Source: Fibrobacteria bacterium
GTDB taxonomy: Bacteria; Fibrobacterota; Fibrobacteria; UBA11236
Direction of reading: 5' to 3'
NCBI GenBank assembly: GCA_043732185.1
Contig: JAYTHY010000038.1
Location: 1 to 38,081, forward strand
DNA: 38,081 bases
Part shown: positions 9,333 to 18,075 of the stretch, piece after piece
Layout: each line of letters opens with the position of its first letter
Position numbering within the stretch: the first letter of the stretch is position 1
The notes under the pieces: generated by a model
Seen by the model: only the letters and a program-made list of their open reading frames with translations
The model's database searches: none
Told to the model about the DNA's origin: nothing
Translations under genes and position numbers: made by a program

Positions 9333-11687
9333 ATGTTTACCCGCAGTACCCATTGGCTTCGCCGCCTGGTCAAGATTCTCGACGCCTGGCCCATGGAGTC
9401 TGCCCGGCATTATCGCCATCAATACGGATTATTCCTGGCGATACCAATACTATGGGGATGCCTGGATAATTTTTTATGGCCAAGATTTTCTGTGTTGGGG
9501 TTTCTGGCTATGGCCTGGTTTTTGGAGCGACGCATGGCCAAAAGATTGGCCATCCAAAGCCTGCTCTTTACAGCTTGGAGTCTTTACCTTAACGCGATTT
9601 GGAATCCGCTGCTCCCTTCCCAACGCAGTATAGCCGAAACTCGGACCCTAACTGGCAGCATAACCGGCACCATAGCCGGTACCCCTCAATGCATACCGAC
9701 CTGCTCCTTTCTGCTTTCCACATCTGATGGACTCGTGCGCATACAATCTCATGCACCTGATTTTCAATTGCAACCCGGACAGTCTTTGAAATTGCAGGTG
9801 ACAGAATCCCCCATTGCCCCGCCTACCAATCCTGGCCAGTTCGACTTTCCAAATTATTTGCGTTCGATAGGCGTGGACGCCAATTTTCGCGCCGAAACCA
9901 TTGCGCTGGTGAGACGCCCGCTTTGGTATCAGCGTTGCATCAATTCTATCCATGCCACCCTGGAGGCATATCTTACAGGCGCAGTCCCAGCCGCACAAGC
10001 TCCGTTGCTTAGGGCCTGTTTGCTCGGTTCCATGGAAGGCCTGGATCCTAAGCTTGTGGATGATTTTCGTGCCAGCGGTATGCTGCATATTCTGGCTATC
10101 AGCGGGCAACATATCGGTTTAATTGCCCTTATTCTTCTGCAACTTTTTTCTCTATTGCGCCTGCCTCGTAAAATGGCATTTGTCATTACCGGAGTCCTGA
10201 TTGGCATTTATGTTCCCGTTTGCGGCGGATCGATCAGCGTTTTGCGTTCGGCACTCATGTTCTGGTGCATGCTTCCCGGTGTGCTTTGGGAGCGGCCAGG
10301 AATGGCCATGAACAACCTAGGCTGGGCCGCTACACTTAGCCTATTCTGCATGCCCTATCAAATCTTATCGCTGGGTTTCCAACTTTCCTTTGCCGCCACT
10401 TTTTTCTTAATCCTGTATTCCCGTACGTTGGCAGGTGTACTCAAGAGATGGAAAATCCGGAAGCCGGTGACAACGTATTTGGTTTCTACGGCTTTGTTCA
10501 GCATTATTCTTTATCTGGCAGCTTATCCCATTCTGTCTAACACCGTACACTCTCTTTCGCCCTCCTCTCTACTTGGAAATCTGGCCACTATTGCACTCAG
10601 CTCCGGCATGCTGGTAGCCTCTTGCCTCACGATACTTTTTCATCCATTGCCCTGGATTGGGACTGCTTTTGGTGCAACAGCAGGCACATTTTCTCAGGCA
10701 CTGGCTACATGCGTCCATGCACTCGCCCATGGACCCGGTTCCGCGCAATCGGTATCCACTCTTCCCTGGATGTGGGGCCTGGTTCTCATTCTATTTTTAC
10801 TGGTATTTCCGTATGTGGCGGCAAGAGGTCGAGGACGTCTTTTGATTCTGATCGGAGTCACACTTTTTTCTGGTAGATGGGTTTACGAGCAGCTCTATGC
10901 CTGGTGGCAAGAACCCCTGGCCATAACATTTCTCGATGTGGGTCAGGGCGATGGAATTGTTTGCAAACTTCCAGAAGCCACCCTGCTTATAGATGCTGGT
11001 CCACCGGAAGCAGGTAAAAATGTGGTGCTTCCCTTTTTACGGTTCCATGGGATTCCGCGACTGGACATAGTGGTGGTGACCCATCCGGACCTCGATCATT
11101 ATGGGGGCCTGGCCTATATAGCCGAACATATGGAAATCGGCAGAGTCGTCTATCCCGGTATCGAAGCGGATACCCATGCTTGGAAAGAATTACAGGCTGT
11201 TTTAGCCAAGCACAACATTCCCATGACGCCCGTACAGCGGGGCCAGAGGCTGTATCAGTATCCCGGAATCTCCATGCATGTATTGTCGCCGGCCTATCCG
11301 GGACAATTTTCGGAGCGCAATGACAACTCCGTAGTCACATTTTTACAAGTGCATGAGAAACGATTTTTATTCACCGGAGACATGGAAGCACCCGCCCAAG
11401 AGATACTCTTGAATCATGCCTACCCCAATCTGACCGGGGCTATTCTTAAAGTGCCACATCATGGCAGCGACCGCTCCAACCCACCAGCGTTTCTGGATCA
11501 ACTGCATCCGGCCATTGCGATTCTTTCGGCAGGTCGTAAAAATCGCTTTGGGCACCCAGGGCCAACCACGGTACAAACCCTGCAACAACTTGGCTCACAG
11601 CTCTTTCTTACTGCGCGGCAAGGGGCTGTTTTATTTACCGAAGATCGGTTCCGCAGCCAGTGGAGCACCTGGACCGGAAAATTGTAA
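9333..11687 (+). CDS. comEC: DNA internalization competence protein ComEC/Rec2
   Basis: NPGQFDF; HILAISGQH; GFQLSF; metallo-beta-lactamase domain FLDVGQGD, THPDLDHYGG, FTGD, KVPHHGS, NRFGHP. Confidence 0.95.
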   Translation: MFTRSTHWLRRLVKILDAWPMESARHYRHQYGLFLAIPILWGCLDNFLWPRFSVLGFLAMAWFLERRMAKRLAIQSLLFTAWSLYLNAIWNPLLPSQRSIAETRTLTGSITGTIAGTPQCIPTCSFLLSTSDGLVRIQSHAPDFQLQPGQSLKLQVTESPIAPPTNPGQFDFPNYLRSIGVDANFRAETIALVRRPLWYQRCINSIHATLEAYLTGAVPAAQAPLLRACLLGSMEGLDPKLVDDFRASGMLHILAISGQHIGLIALILLQLFSLLRLPRKMAFVITGVLIGIYVPVCGGSISVLRSALMFWCMLPGVLWERPGMAMNNLGWAATLSLFCMPYQILSLGFQLSFAATFFLILYSRTLAGVLKRWKIRKPVTTYLVSTALFSIILYLAAYPILSNTVHSLSPSSLLGNLATIALSSGMLVASCLTILFHPLPWIGTAFGATAGTFSQALATCVHALAHGPGSAQSVSTLPWMWGLVLILFLLVFPYVAARGRGRLLILIGVTLFSGRWVYEQLYAWWQEPLAITFLDVGQGDGIVCKLPEATLLIDAGPPEAGKNVVLPFLRFHGIPRLDIVVVTHPDLDHYGGLAYIAEHMEIGRVVYPGIEADTHAWKELQAVLAKHNIPMTPVQRGQRLYQYPGISMHVLSPAYPGQFSERNDNSVVTFLQVHEKRFLFTGDMEAPAQEILLNHAYPNLTGAILKVPHHGSDRSNPPAFLDQLHPAIAILSAGRKNRFGHPGPTTVQTLQQLGSQLFLTARQGAVLFTEDRFRSQWSTWTGKL

Positions 11688-11697
11688 CTTTGAATCC

Positions 11698-12231
11698 ATG
11701 TCTGACTTTATGGATAACGCCGACGGCAATCAGGAACGTCTAAAACACATTTATAAGACCACGGAAGTCCGGCGGTCTCCCATTACTGGCATCGTGGCAG
11801 GATACCATACTCTGCCCTTTACACTGGTGGGGCCCAATGATGAAGCGGACGAATCCTCTTCCAAGCCCCCGGGTTCCGTAAAGCTTACCGGAAAAATTAC
11901 CGTAAGCCCCAAGTTATTGTTTACGATTTCGCATCAAGATGAGCATTTTGCAGAAATGTTTCCAGAGTCCGAACCTTTTATGGATAAAAGTTTATCGGCC
12001 CGGCTTTTTTCTTTCAGTAAGGCGCCCAAAAAGAACTATCGGATTCGCAATGAACATCTGATTGTGGAAGAACTTCCCGGGGACGATAAGGAATTGCTCG
12101 CTCAAGTCCTCAATGAATTGAACCGCGCGGAAATCATCAATATGGGCGTCATCTGGTGTCCGCAGCCCAGGTTTTATCCGATTAGCTTGGAGCGTTTCAT
12201 CGCCTCCATTCTTGATCGAGAATTTCGCTAG
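11698..12231 (+). CDS. Conserved-looking hypothetical protein
   Basis: ATG 10 nt after the comEC stop; 177 aa ending SLERFIASILDREFR; the longer ORF start at 11461 lies inside comEC. Confidence 0.7.
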   Translation: MSDFMDNADGNQERLKHIYKTTEVRRSPITGIVAGYHTLPFTLVGPNDEADESSSKPPGSVKLTGKITVSPKLLFTISHQDEHFAEMFPESEPFMDKSLSARLFSFSKAPKKNYRIRNEHLIVEELPGDDKELLAQVLNELNRAEIINMGVIWCPQPRFYPISLERFIASILDREFR

Positions 12232-12245
12232 GCTTTTAAGTCAGT

Positions 12246-13616
12246 TTAAAGTTCGATGGCCAAAACCCGGGAATTGCGATCGAGATTATAGGTCGCCAGT
12301 TTTTCCGGAGGGAGAATGGTCATCGGAGCTTCGCGAAATCCATTGCGCATGAAAAAATCGCTGGTCTGGGTGGTAAGCAGAAAAACCGTTTTGACTTCCG
12401 CCTTTTTTGCTTTGTCGATTAGGTAGGAAACAATTTTACGGCCTGTCCCTTGACCGGCATGATTGGCATCCACCACTACTGCATGGAGTTCTGCGATTTT
12501 TCCCGGGTAAATATGCAAGGCGGCACAGCCATGTAGAGTGTCATCAATCTTGAATACAACGAACTCTTCCAAGCCCTCACCGATGTCTTCTGCATTCCTT
12601 TGGATAAGCACACCATCATCCACATAGGGTTGCATGATTCGCAGGATTTCAGGAATATCCGTGGGCCAGGCGGCGCGAATTTTATCGTATTGATTGGCAT
12701 AAAACATAGTTCCCCGGCCGCTGCTCGAAAAAATCTCCTGAAGCAGAATGCCGTCCTGGGATCCGTCGATAAGGTGAACGCGATCCACGCCCGCCGCGCA
12801 GGCATCCATGGCCAAGGCCACCAATTCTTTATGTTCGGGTTTTAAACTGTGCGCATAGTCGCGCAAGAGAATATTGCCTTCTTCCAAATCGAGATTGGAA
12901 AAAAATCCCGTGGCCTTTTCACCCGCGTCCGCAAAAGCACATTCGGAAATAACCGGAATTCCCGTCTCTGCTCCGATAAAGAAAAGCTTTGATGCACGCA
13001 TAGCTTTGGCAATGGCTACAGCAAGTTCATTGCTCGATAGGTTATAGTCCTTGCCCACTACATTCCAACCGATATTGGGGACGATGGGAATGAGCTGATC
13101 CTCCAACATATTTTCAATTAGCTGTACATCCACCTTTTCCACGCGACCCGTATGCTGAAAGTCCAAACCATTACGAACCCCTATTGCCCTAGCTCGTACC
13201 CAATTGCCCACGACGCCATGGGCACCGTTTTCGGACAGAAGAGACATGACCGCATTGGTCACATTAGAAGCGCCCAGCTTGACCAAGGGCATGGCCTCCG
13301 CCGAGGTGATGCGCACTTCATCTTTGATGGGAGAATTGATTTTATAAGTTTTCAATACCTTGTCGATGGATTGCTTCGCTCCCGGAACCAGAATGATCTT
13401 GATACCAGTTTGCTGCAAAAGAACGATGTCCTTAATCAGTAGGGAAAACAACGGGCGACTCATCAAGGAATCGTCCACCTTGAGCACAAACACTTGATTG
13501 CGGTAACGACGTAAATATCCGAACACCTCGCGAATGGCCTGCATCGGCGTGCCGGCCACACCGGACTGGGTTGAACCCGTCCGGGCGATTCTTTTCTTGC
13601 TGTTGCCTTCCGCCAC
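12246..13616 (-). CDS. argA: Amino-acid N-acetyltransferase (N-acetylglutamate synthase), kinase-like plus GNAT domains
   Basis: GNWVRARAIGVRNGLDFQHTGRVEKVD, GVDRVHLID..DGILLQEIFS, C-terminal GNAT LLTTQTSDFF...YNLDRNSRVL; GTG start at 13616 with SD GGAGG. Confidence 0.92.
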   Translation of the reverse strand: MAEGNSKKRIARTGSTQSGVAGTPMQAIREVFGYLRRYRNQVFVLKVDDSLMSRPLFSLLIKDIVLLQQTGIKIILVPGAKQSIDKVLKTYKINSPIKDEVRITSAEAMPLVKLGASNVTNAVMSLLSENGAHGVVGNWVRARAIGVRNGLDFQHTGRVEKVDVQLIENMLEDQLIPIVPNIGWNVVGKDYNLSSNELAVAIAKAMRASKLFFIGAETGIPVISECAFADAGEKATGFFSNLDLEEGNILLRDYAHSLKPEHKELVALAMDACAAGVDRVHLIDGSQDGILLQEIFSSSGRGTMFYANQYDKIRAAWPTDIPEILRIMQPYVDDGVLIQRNAEDIGEGLEEFVVFKIDDTLHGCAALHIYPGKIAELHAVVVDANHAGQGTGRKIVSYLIDKAKKAEVKTVFLLTTQTSDFFMRNGFREAPMTILPPEKLATYNLDRNSRVLAIEL

Positions 13617-13617
13617 G

Positions 13618-14673
13618 TTAATCCTCCCCAAACAAGTTAGGTAATGCCTGGCAGCTCAAGGTCAACCCCGCTCGAGCATCTTTTGCCACTCCGGCCGCCC
13701 ACAAGAAAACCGCTAATTGATAGTGTACCGCCCGCATCACCCTTTTGTCCCGTGGCGTTTCCAGCCAAGCTTCCCAGTGCGGGAAATTGGCCAAAGTATA
13801 AATATCCGGCGACAAATCTAAACCCAGTTCCGCGGGGACGGTTTTTCCTTCTTGCACCTGATTGGCCTGCATCGTGACGATGGCTGTTTCTTTATGGAGA
13901 ACCAAATCCACTGTGCCATGGTTGCCGAGGATTATCCAGCCTTCCTGTCCCAGGCTAGCCATGGTTCCGGCCAGGCGGAAAGCATAGTGCTGATGCGAAA
14001 TTCCCAGCAGCATCGGCGAACTCGGCCAAGGGTTTACCAACTTTTCCGCTGTGTGCAAGCAGGAACGGAATCCCAGCTCTCCGCGCAGCGCGTCCAAACT
14101 TGACAGGCCCATTACCAAAGAACCGGTGTCAACCACTTTGGGAACAACAGCACTGGAACCCATTCCCATAGTTTCCGTTTGATCCAAAATGGGTGCCAGA
14201 CTCCAAGAGGTATCGAAGGACATCCGATTTCCACTTAGAACGGGTGTGCTCTGTATTAGCCCCACGCCTACTCCAAAACGGCGTAACAAATGTGCGGCCA
14301 ATAGGGATACGAGACCGCCTTTCCGGGCGGTGTCGGAGGCCAGGTTGAGCACCAAAGTTTTTTCTCCGGACAAGGGAGCGAGAAGCGAAGTCCGCTTTCT
14401 AAAAACATGCGCTAAGGCATCCAGCTCATCTTGACTAAGCTCCTTGATACGCAAGGCCTGTAGAAAAGCCCCAGCCTGTGCAGCGGTGAAGCGCCCGTCC
14501 AGCAATGCCTCAAACGCTTCGCGACTTTCCTCTGCGGTAAGGTGCTGGGAAAGAGTCTTGCCCTTCCCCACTTTTTTGACAAAATCAAGTGGGCGCAAAT
14601 GACTTTGCTCCAGTATCAGGCCATCACCGTATGGCCGGCACTGCAAACTGGGCAATTGGCTTGGTTCTGACAC
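13618..14673 (-). CDS. Anthranilate phosphoribosyltransferase-like protein (glycosyltransferase family 3, YbiB/TrpD2-like)
   Basis: VKKVGKG...HLTAEE...AQAGAFLQALRIK; LRGELGFRSCLHTAEKLVNP; lacks the TrpD GTGGD motif. Confidence 0.75.
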   Translation of the reverse strand: MSEPSQLPSLQCRPYGDGLILEQSHLRPLDFVKKVGKGKTLSQHLTAEESREAFEALLDGRFTAAQAGAFLQALRIKELSQDELDALAHVFRKRTSLLAPLSGEKTLVLNLASDTARKGGLVSLLAAHLLRRFGVGVGLIQSTPVLSGNRMSFDTSWSLAPILDQTETMGMGSSAVVPKVVDTGSLVMGLSSLDALRGELGFRSCLHTAEKLVNPWPSSPMLLGISHQHYAFRLAGTMASLGQEGWIILGNHGTVDLVLHKETAIVTMQANQVQEGKTVPAELGLDLSPDIYTLANFPHWEAWLETPRDKRVMRAVHYQLAVFLWAAGVAKDARAGLTLSCQALPNLFGED

Positions 14674-15146
14674 ACTTCCTTGAAAGGCGCGCCGGATTCT
14701 GCCAAAGCACGGTTTTCTGCGGCCAATGCGCGAGCCTGTTCAGGGGCAACGGCGAATTGTTCCGGTGCTTCGTTGGCTTCTGGCTCCGGCTCCGGTTCAA
14801 CCCAGGCCTCCAACTCCGTCTCCTGAATTGCAACCGGTGCGTTAGGTTTGGAGAATTGCGCGTGAACCACTTCCTGCATCCGCAATTGAATCCCACCTGA
14901 ACACAAACTCTGGGCAACTCTTTGGAATAATGCCACATTATCGTACTTCGCAACATCGGCCCAGCGGACTTCCGTGGATAGGAATCCACGGAATCTTCCT
15001 AAATCTTTAGTGTGGGAAAACAGGTTCACTACTGTACTTCTCGCATGCCAGACATCGCGGAAGGCTAGAGCCTGCGCACCTTGAGCGTGACCGAAGCTTG
15101 CGCTAAACTCCCAATCGTAATTTGCATTTCTGATTTTAATGGGCAT
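14616..15146 (-). CDS. Hypothetical protein typical of T6SS DUF4123 neighbourhoods
   Basis: Overlaps the DUF4123 stop by 11 nt; EP-rich linker; C-terminal ALAESGAPFKEVC resembles the 'AAxxGxPFCEEC' tail seen in T6SS-associated proteins. Confidence 0.6.
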   Translation of the reverse strand: MPIKIRNANYDWEFSASFGHAQGAQALAFRDVWHARSTVVNLFSHTKDLGRFRGFLSTEVRWADVAKYDNVALFQRVAQSLCSGGIQLRMQEVVHAQFSKPNAPVAIQETELEAWVEPEPEPEANEAPEQFAVAPEQARALAAENRALAESGAPFKEVCQNQANCPVCSAGHTVMA

Positions 15147-15687
15147 TTTTGGCTACCGACACCGGTACGTTTCCAATTTTCAATTTATTCTGCTCGAAGC
15201 TGAATCGGATCAAGTCCTTCCCATCCTCACTCTCCACAAAGAACCGATCAACAGGCCCGAAAAACGTTGCCAATTCCTCCGAAGTACACGTAGGCAAATA
15301 AACGCGTAGTATGCGAGGATCAAAAAACCGAAAAGCCATGGTCGATCCGGATTCCCGTTTTACCAATAGCAAGCGCTGAAAATGCTGACGCAGTAAGGTG
15401 AGATTGACTTTGGATTGAAAGAAAACCCCCCAATTTTTTTGCCAACTTTCTTGCCCATACCAGCGGGTATAGGAAGATAGAGCGGCAAGCCGAACCAGAT
15501 GCGGGGCAGCCTCCAACAATACTTTCGGCAGATTTCCCTGGTAGAGACAGGCGTTATCGGCCATCGCAAGCACCAGATTAGGATAAATGCGAGAATTGGC
15601 GGCGCAATCTTGAATGGAATAAACGCGCAGAAGCTTGTCTTCCACGACATCCCTCCATAATGCGCTCAGTAAAGTATCCACCACCAT
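15136..15687 (-). CDS. DUF4123 domain protein (T6SS effector chaperone/adaptor family)
   Basis: CLYQG...AAPHLVRL...WGVFF...LRQHFQRLL...FRFFDPRILRVYLPTC...FFGPV. Confidence 0.88.
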   Translation of the reverse strand: MVVDTLLSALWRDVVEDKLLRVYSIQDCAANSRIYPNLVLAMADNACLYQGNLPKVLLEAAPHLVRLAALSSYTRWYGQESWQKNWGVFFQSKVNLTLLRQHFQRLLLVKRESGSTMAFRFFDPRILRVYLPTCTSEELATFFGPVDRFFVESEDGKDLIRFSFEQNKLKIGNVPVSVAKNAH

Positions 15688-15722
15688 ATTCCGTCGCGTC
15701 CTTTAATCGTACTGAAAATACC

Positions 15723-15747
15723 TGGAACCATATGGTTCCATATGGAA
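15723..15747. promoter_or_regulatory. Overlapping palindromes, putative operator upstream of the DUF4123 gene
   Basis: Perfect 18-bp palindrome TGGAACCATATGGTTCCA (15723-15740) overlapping the 12-bp palindrome TTCCATATGGAA (15736-15747). Confidence 0.5.
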
Positions 15748-15801
15748 AGTTACATTTTTCCTTTGAAGCGACTCAAATAAATCATGGGTGAATATAGCCC
15801 G

Positions 15802-16422
15802 TCAGTATGGGTCCTGCTGATTTGCTTCTCTTTTCCTCCGCAACAAATCTTCACGAATACGCTTCTCGCGTTGTTCTTGAATCCGCGCCTCTTCCTTGCG
15901 GTATTCCTCATCGACGAGTTTGCCCCCAGCGTTTTTCCATTCCACCAAACGTTGCAACTCCCCCGCATCCAACCAGACGCCATGTCCGTGGCACTGGTCC
16001 GTGATCACACCACTGCGTTTCCCAAAATTGGTCCGATTCATGATCTTGGCGCATACCGGGCATTTCCGGTAGGTTATTTTAGTTTCCACGGGTGAGTTGC
16101 GCGCAAGGTCCGTTAAACGAGGCGTGTCTTTGAGAAATCCGAACCGAGCCAAATCGTTGAGGACGATTTCGAGCTTAAAGAATGGGAAAAAGAGTCCGAA
16201 GCAGGTTGCGCACTGGTCCGCGCAAAGCGGTGTATCGCCTTCCATTCCCAGCTTGATATTCCGCATCTCACCACCACATACAGGACAGACCAAAGTCGAT
16301 GGCCCGGAGGAAAGAGGCGCATTCATGAGCAAGTCGCGGTCGACATTGTTGTAGGACCCACAGTATTCGCAGGTGCCCTTGAATTCGGAAAGCGGTGCCG
16401 AACAGTTTTGACAACGGATCAT
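15802..16422 (-). CDS. Zinc-ribbon (zf-TFIIB-like) repeat protein
   Basis: Multiple CxxC pairs; CPVC..IMNRTNFG...VITDQCHGHGVWLDAGEL. Confidence 0.85.
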   Translation of the reverse strand: MIRCQNCSAPLSEFKGTCEYCGSYNNVDRDLLMNAPLSSGPSTLVCPVCGGEMRNIKLGMEGDTPLCADQCATCFGLFFPFFKLEIVLNDLARFGFLKDTPRLTDLARNSPVETKITYRKCPVCAKIMNRTNFGKRSGVITDQCHGHGVWLDAGELQRLVEWKNAGGKLVDEEYRKEEARIQEQREKRIREDLLRRKREANQQDPY

Positions 16423-16592
16423 GGATGCTGTCGCAGGATAAGGACTAAACGTCCTATAGGATGTCTTGCTTTTTTGTAATGACCTCGGTTTCGCTGATAA
16501 TAAATTCCGATTTTATGCTCACTTTCAAAATCTTGCTCCGCCTTGGTCAAAGCGGTCCAAAACGGGATATTGGAAGCCTCCAGTTGGATCAT
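16419..16592 (-). CDS. Small hypothetical protein (57 aa), probably leaderless
   Basis: Perfect extended -10 TGCTATAAT 6 nt before the ATG; stop overlaps the next ATG (ATGA). Confidence 0.45.
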   Translation of the reverse strand: MIQLEASNIPFWTALTKAEQDFESEHKIGIYYQRNRGHYKKARHPIGRLVLILRQHP

Positions 16593-16598
16593 CCATAA

Positions 16599-16607
16599 AT
16601 TATAGCA
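16599..16607 (-). promoter_or_regulatory. Extended -10 promoter (TGCTATAAT)
   Basis: Exact TGnTATAAT consensus at the head of the minus-strand gene run. Confidence 0.6.
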
Positions 16608-16712
16608 CAAATCCAAATCCCCCTTTCTATTCGATTTTTCCCACCCTTACGACAAAAACAGCCCTTTTAAAAGAATGTTGCCATGGTCAGTTCAGTTAAC
16701 CATTTTCTATGC

Positions 16713-17819
16713 ATGACTGAACCTATTACAAAGCACGAATACAGCACGCCTTTTCAAAAAGCGACCTTTCTCATCTACTTGCTGGCTGTCAGCATCGTCT
16801 TTGTCTTAATGCTGCGCGACTTCCTCATGCCTCTGTTCCTGGCCGCTATTTTCACTGGCCTAACCTATCCCTTCTACCAATGGATCAAAAACAAAACTCA
16901 GAAGCCAACAGTTTCGGCACTTTTGACTTTGCTTTCGCTGGTGTTGGTCTTGGTGCTACCGCTTATCGCCATTTCAGCCGCGGCGTACCAAGAAGCTGTG
17001 GGGCTAATCGGCAATTTCGATATGGATCAGTGGCGCGGCCGCCTGGAATCCGTACTCCAAAGCCTGCAATCTCGCTTCCCCGGGCTGCTGGAAAAACTTA
17101 ACGCTGCGAATCTTTCCAAATTGGCCTTCGATGGAATCCAAACTGCATTACAGTTTATTCTCCAACACAGCGCGGATATTTCCCTATCCGCCGCCAACAA
17201 TCTGCTCACCTTTTTTCTGATGCTGTTCATCATGTTCTACTTCTATATCGACGGCCCACAACTGCTAGGACGCATGATACGCTTGTCGCCCCTCAAAGAT
17301 GAATACGAACGAATTCTTCTAGAGAAATTCATTTCCGTGAGCAAGGGAACACTGAAAGGCTTTTTAGCCATCGGCATCATTCAAGGTTCCATCGGCGCCA
17401 TTCTATACTGGGCCGTCGGCATGCATTCTCCCATTTTTTTAGGCGTCCTCATGGTTTTTGCCAGCCTCATTCCAGCAGTGGGAACGGCCCTGGTTTGGAT
17501 GCCAGTAGCCTTAACGTTACTGTTGCAAGGTCACTGGATTTCCTCGCTGTGGGTAGTGGGAGTGGGCAGCATTGTCATTTCCAGCGTCGACAACTTTGTT
17601 AGACCCATGGTGGTGGGCAAGGATATCAAGATGCACGATTTGATGGTGCTGCTCAGTACCTTGGGAGGACTGGGAATGTTTGGATTGGCCGGTTTCATCA
17701 TCGGGCCTATTATCGCCGCCTTGTTTCTCTCCATCTGGAATATTTTCGAAGAAATTTTTGCTGAGGATCTAGCCCATAATAGTGAAACAGGATTCCGGTC
17801 AAAAAGGAAAATCAAGTAG
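16713..17819 (+). CDS. AI-2E family transporter (PerM/YdiK-like)
   Basis: Multiple TM helices; FYFYIDG, IPAVGTALVW, VDNFVRP, STLGGLGMFGLAGFIIGP. Confidence 0.92.
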   Translation: MTEPITKHEYSTPFQKATFLIYLLAVSIVFVLMLRDFLMPLFLAAIFTGLTYPFYQWIKNKTQKPTVSALLTLLSLVLVLVLPLIAISAAAYQEAVGLIGNFDMDQWRGRLESVLQSLQSRFPGLLEKLNAANLSKLAFDGIQTALQFILQHSADISLSAANNLLTFFLMLFIMFYFYIDGPQLLGRMIRLSPLKDEYERILLEKFISVSKGTLKGFLAIGIIQGSIGAILYWAVGMHSPIFLGVLMVFASLIPAVGTALVWMPVALTLLLQGHWISSLWVVGVGSIVISSVDNFVRPMVVGKDIKMHDLMVLLSTLGGLGMFGLAGFIIGPIIAALFLSIWNIFEEIFAEDLAHNSETGFRSKRKIK

Positions 17820-17835
17820 CACAGGCGCACGTTGT

Positions 17836-18051
17836 ATGAAGGAAACACGAGAATCTTTGATCCCTATTCCTGCCGACTGGAAACCGGAAACGATGGCGCG
17901 CATCATCGAACAGGAAGCGGAAAAATGGTGGGCGGAGGGCTGGGTATTTCTACGGGCGGAAACGGATGCTTTGCTGGAATCCGTATGCCTTTATTTTGAA
18001 CGCCCCTTTATTTTAGATCGGGACAATCCGGAATCGGACGTGAAGTCCTAG
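17836..18051 (+). CDS. Small hypothetical protein (71 aa)
   Basis: ATG 16 nt after the transporter stop; AEGWVF...LYFER pattern resembles DUF4177-like small proteins. Confidence 0.6.
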   Translation: MKETRESLIPIPADWKPETMARIIEQEAEKWWAEGWVFLRAETDALLESVCLYFERPFILDRDNPESDVKS

Positions 18052-18075
18052 CTAATTTATTCACAAGCTATAGTC

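Noticed and set aside
11461..11697. Extended N-terminus of the 256-aa ORF
   Set aside because: Lies almost entirely inside comEC; ATG 11698 is more plausible
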